From Geothrix sp. (GTDB taxonomy: Bacteria; Acidobacteriota; Holophagae; Holophagales; Holophagaceae), in contig JANYAZ010000309.1 in the NCBI GenBank assembly GCA_025361045.1, positions 1 to 49,055 on the forward strand: 49,055 nucleotides of DNA, given 5' to 3'. Below are positions 46,262 to 49,055 of this stretch, in pieces. Under the pieces are notes generated by a model. It was not told where the DNA came from and searched no databases. It saw only the letters and a program-made list of their open reading frames with translations. The translations under genes and the position numbers were made by a program. Each line of letters starts with the position of its first letter. Positions within the stretch are counted from its first letter, which is position 1.

Positions 46262-46339
46262 GAGGTCGCTTTATGAAAAAATCTAACTATTGAAAAAAAA
46301 CTACATGGAAAGTGTGATCAAAAATACCACTCTTCGGTA

Positions 46340-46350
46340 TGGTCTGACCA
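46340..46350. promoter_or_regulatory. Probable FadR-family (LldR/PdhR-type) operator
   Basis: Palindrome TGGTC-T-GACCA fits TGGTnnnACCA and lies between the regulator and the permease. Confidence 0.75.
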
Positions 46351-46432
46351 CTAGACCTATTGTAACCTTCGCCCAAGCTCTTTTCCAAAACTCTACCCCC
46401 CCATCTTCTTCCCACCCCCTTTTGGAGGCCGC

Positions 46433-48196
46433 ATGACCCCCTGGACCCAAGTCTATTCCCCCGTCATGGGGAATATCTTCCTTTCTGCACTGGTGGCCGC
46501 TCTGCCGGTCTTCGTGCTGCTGGGCTTTCTGGCTAAGCATGTGAAGGCGCACTACTCGGCCATTCTGGGCCTCGTCACCTGTCTGGCCGTCGCCATCCTC
46601 GTGTACAAGATGCCCGCTGGCATGGCCGGCATGGCGGCCGTGCATGGTGCTCTGTTCGGCCTGCTCCCCATCGGCTGGATCGTGCTGAACGCCATCTTCA
46701 TCTATGACATCACCGTGAAATCCGGGGATTTCGAGGTGGTGAAACACTCGATCGCCGGCTTGGCTGGGGATCGCCGCATCCAGGCCCTGCTGATCGCCTT
46801 CAGCTTCGGCGCCTTCATCGAGGGCGCCGCTGGCTTCGGCACCCCCGTGGCCATCAGTGCCGCCATGCTCATCGGCCTGGGCTTCCGCCCCCTCCAGGCC
46901 GCCGGTCTGGCCCTCATTGGCAATACCGCCCCCGTGGCCTACGGTGCTCTGGGCAGCCCGCTCATCGCCCTCGCGGGTGTGACCGGCCTGCCCTTGGACA
47001 TGTTGAGCGCCGCTGCGGGCCGCATCCTGCCCATCTTCTCTCTGATCGTACCTTTCTGGATCATCTGGACCATGGCCGGACGCAAGGCCATGCTGGAAGT
47101 CTGGCCCGCCTGCCTGACTGCGGGTGGCAGCTTCGCCATTGCCCAGTTCCTGGTGAGCAACTACCACGGCCCCTGGCTGGTGGACATCATCGGCGCCATC
47201 ATCTCCATGGTCTCGCTCGTCATCCTGCTGAAGGTCTGGCAGCCCAAGACCATCTGGCGCTACGAGCACGAGCGTGAAGACGCCCATGCGGCGGTGGTGG
47301 AACAGAGCACAGGGAAGGTCGTGAAGGCTTGGATGCCCTGGGTCTTCCTGTCCATCTTCGTCTTCGCCTGGGGCACCCCTCAGGTCAAGACCTTCCTGAA
47401 TGGCGGCACCAAGGCCGCGCCTAACTTCCTGAACGGCATTACTGTCAAGACCTTCGAAATTCCCAAGCTCCACAAGATGGTCATCAAGGCGCCTCCCGTG
47501 GTCGCCAAGCCTTCCGCCGAAGCCGCGGTCTGGACCTTCAACTGGCTCTCCCTCACGGGCACCAGCCTCATGCTCGCCGGCATCGTCAGTGGCCTGCTGG
47601 CCGGGTTCAGCTTCCTGGAGCTGGTCAAGATCTGGGGCAAGACCGTCAATCGTGTGAAGATTTCCCTGCTCACCATTGCCGCCATGCTGGCCCTGGGCTT
47701 CGTCTCCAAGTCCGCGGGCCTGGACGCCACCATGGGTCTGGCCTTCGCCAGCACCGGCATGCTGTTCCCCTTCTTCAGCGCCATGCTGGGCTGGTTGGGT
47801 GTGGCCCTCACGGGCAGTGACACCTCCTCCAACGTGCTCTTCGGTGGCCTGCAGAAAATCACCGCCGAGCAGCTGGGTCTGAACCCGATCCTCACTGCAG
47901 CCGCCAACACCACCGGTGGTGTCATGGGCAAGATGATCGATGCCCAGAGTCTGGTGGTGGCCTCCGTGGCCACCAACCAACAGGGCGAGGAAGGCACCAT
48001 CCTGCGCTACGTGTTCTGGCACAGCCTGGCCTTGGCCGCCATGGTGGGCGTCGTGATCTTCTTCTATGCGAAGGTCCTGCCTGCCAACTGGATGCCCCAG
48101 CTGCCCCCGGCCGCTCCGGCTGCAGTGGCTCCAGTTGTGGCCCCTGCCGTTCCGGCCGCTCCTGCGGCCGTACCTGCCCCCGCCCCGGCCAAGTAA
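46433..48196 (+). CDS. lctP: L-lactate permease
   Basis: DRRIQALLIAFSFGAFIEGAAGFGTP, NTAPVAYGALG, TGSDTSSN, GKMIDAQS. Confidence 0.95.
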   Translation: MTPWTQVYSPVMGNIFLSALVAALPVFVLLGFLAKHVKAHYSAILGLVTCLAVAILVYKMPAGMAGMAAVHGALFGLLPIGWIVLNAIFIYDITVKSGDFEVVKHSIAGLAGDRRIQALLIAFSFGAFIEGAAGFGTPVAISAAMLIGLGFRPLQAAGLALIGNTAPVAYGALGSPLIALAGVTGLPLDMLSAAAGRILPIFSLIVPFWIIWTMAGRKAMLEVWPACLTAGGSFAIAQFLVSNYHGPWLVDIIGAIISMVSLVILLKVWQPKTIWRYEHEREDAHAAVVEQSTGKVVKAWMPWVFLSIFVFAWGTPQVKTFLNGGTKAAPNFLNGITVKTFEIPKLHKMVIKAPPVVAKPSAEAAVWTFNWLSLTGTSLMLAGIVSGLLAGFSFLELVKIWGKTVNRVKISLLTIAAMLALGFVSKSAGLDATMGLAFASTGMLFPFFSAMLGWLGVALTGSDTSSNVLFGGLQKITAEQLGLNPILTAAANTTGGVMGKMIDAQSLVVASVATNQQGEEGTILRYVFWHSLALAAMVGVVIFFYAKVLPANWMPQLPPAAPAAVAPVVAPAVPAAPAAVPAPAPAK

Positions 48197-48225
48197 ACCG
48201 GGCGGACTTCAGTCGAATGACCTGG

Positions 48226-48261
48226 GTCCCGCCGACATCTTGATCGTCGGCGGGACTTTTT
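48226..48261 (+). terminator. Terminator-like hairpin between the permease and the dehydrogenase
   Basis: GTCCCGCCGAC-9 nt-GTCGGCGGGAC-TTTTT. Confidence 0.7.
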
Positions 48262-48291
48262 ACGGCCCCGCCAGGGGAAAGGATGTTTCTC

Positions 48292-49055
48292 ATGACCACT
48301 GCCACAGCCACCTCCCTGAGGGATTCCCTTGCCGCCATCCTGGGCCCGGACCGGGTGCTGGACCGGCCAGTGGATCTGATCGCCTTCGCCTCGGACGCCA
48401 GCTTCTACCGGCTGATTCCGAAGGCCGTGGCCTTCGCCAGCAGCATCGAAGACGTTCGCGGGCTCTTCCGCCTGAGCCACGAATTAAAGGTCCCCATGAC
48501 CTTCCGCGCCGCGGGCACCAGCCTGTCGGGCCAGTCCGTATCAGATGGCATCCTGGTGGAAGTGGCCCGCAACTGGCGGGGCATCCAGGTGCTGGAGGGC
48601 GGCGCCAAGGTGAGGGTCCAGCCCGGCGTCATCGGCGCCCACGTGAACCATGCCCTCAAGTTCTTCAAGGCCAAAATGGGCCCCGACCCGGCCTCCATCA
48701 ACACCTGCACCGTGGGCGGCATTCTTTCGAACAACTCCAGCGGCATGTGCTGTGGCGTGTCCCAGAACGCCTATCACACGCTCGAATCCCTCACCTTCGT
48801 GCTGCCTTCCGGCACCGTCATCGACACAGCCTCAACCAACGCGGATGAGCAGTTTCGCGCCCTGGAGCCCGCCCTGACAGAGGGCCTACTCAAGCTGAAG
48901 GCCGATTTATTGGCCAATCCCGCCCTGGCAGAACGCATCCGGGCCAAGTACCGGACCAAGAACACCACCGGCTATTCCCTCAACGCCTTCATCGACTTCG
49001 ACCGGCCCGTGGACATCTTCCGCAATGTGCTGGTGGGCTCGGAAGGCACCCTGGC
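48292..49055 (+). CDS. FAD-linked oxidoreductase, probable Dld-II-type D-lactate dehydrogenase (partial, runs off the window)
   Basis: Translated by hand: DASFYRLIPK, TFRAAGTSLSGQ, GPDPAS, NNSSGMCCG, KNTTGYSLNA, GSEGTL; no stop codon in the window. Confidence 0.88.
   Translation, partial: MTTATATSLRDSLAAILGPDRVLDRPVDLIAFASDASFYRLIPKAVAFASSIEDVRGLFRLSHELKVPMTFRAAGTSLSGQSVSDGILVEVARNWRGIQVLEGGAKVRVQPGVIGAHVNHALKFFKAKMGPDPASINTCTVGGILSNNSSGMCCGVSQNAYHTLESLTFVLPSGTVIDTASTNADEQFRALEPALTEGLLKLKADLLANPALAERIRAKYRTKNTTGYSLNAFIDFDRPVDIFRNVLVGSEGTL

Noticed and set aside
46311-46331. CRP/Rex-like site AGTGTGATCAAAAATACCACT
   Set aside because: Only one half-site matches either consensus
46301-48022. 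573-aa minus-strand ORF antisense to lctP
   Set aside because: Shadow frame of a strongly biased gene; composition typical of antisense translation

Overview
GC-rich, gene-dense bacterial chromosomal region. The gene set (fused LptF/G, atypical Hfq, SpoVG in a diderm, PEGA kinase) resembles Holophagae/Geothrix-like Acidobacteriota; this is my inference and was not searched. It holds about 48 mostly housekeeping CDSs, including asnB, tdh, udk, yajQ, a polyprenyl synthase, pilT, sucCD, truA, spoVG, pbpG, mlaEFD, glmU, pdxA, mnmA, kdsD and a lactate-utilisation locus cut by the window end. It also has four tRNAs (Gln, Gly, Cys, probable Ile2) and a dif-like site at 43464-43491, suggesting the replication terminus. 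No prophage, transposase or CRISPR array was seen. The main finding is an unannotated, complete ribosome-mediated attenuator upstream of asnB. It consists of a promoter, a 28-codon Asn-rich leader peptide (4391-4477, minus strand) and mutually exclusive 1:2, 2:3 and 3:4 hairpins ending in an intrinsic terminator, i.e. a candidate asparagine-sensing attenuator. Other items of note: two long intergenic hairpins built from internally repeated 9-mers, a REP-like doublet with compensatory base changes after the tRNA(CAT), a lipoprotein fused to a GspG-like domain, a degenerate hybrid kinase, a divergent UDG-fold protein, an mla-DUF116-UbiA operon and recurrent leaderless-type starts. All product calls come from motif recognition by eye; no database search was run.
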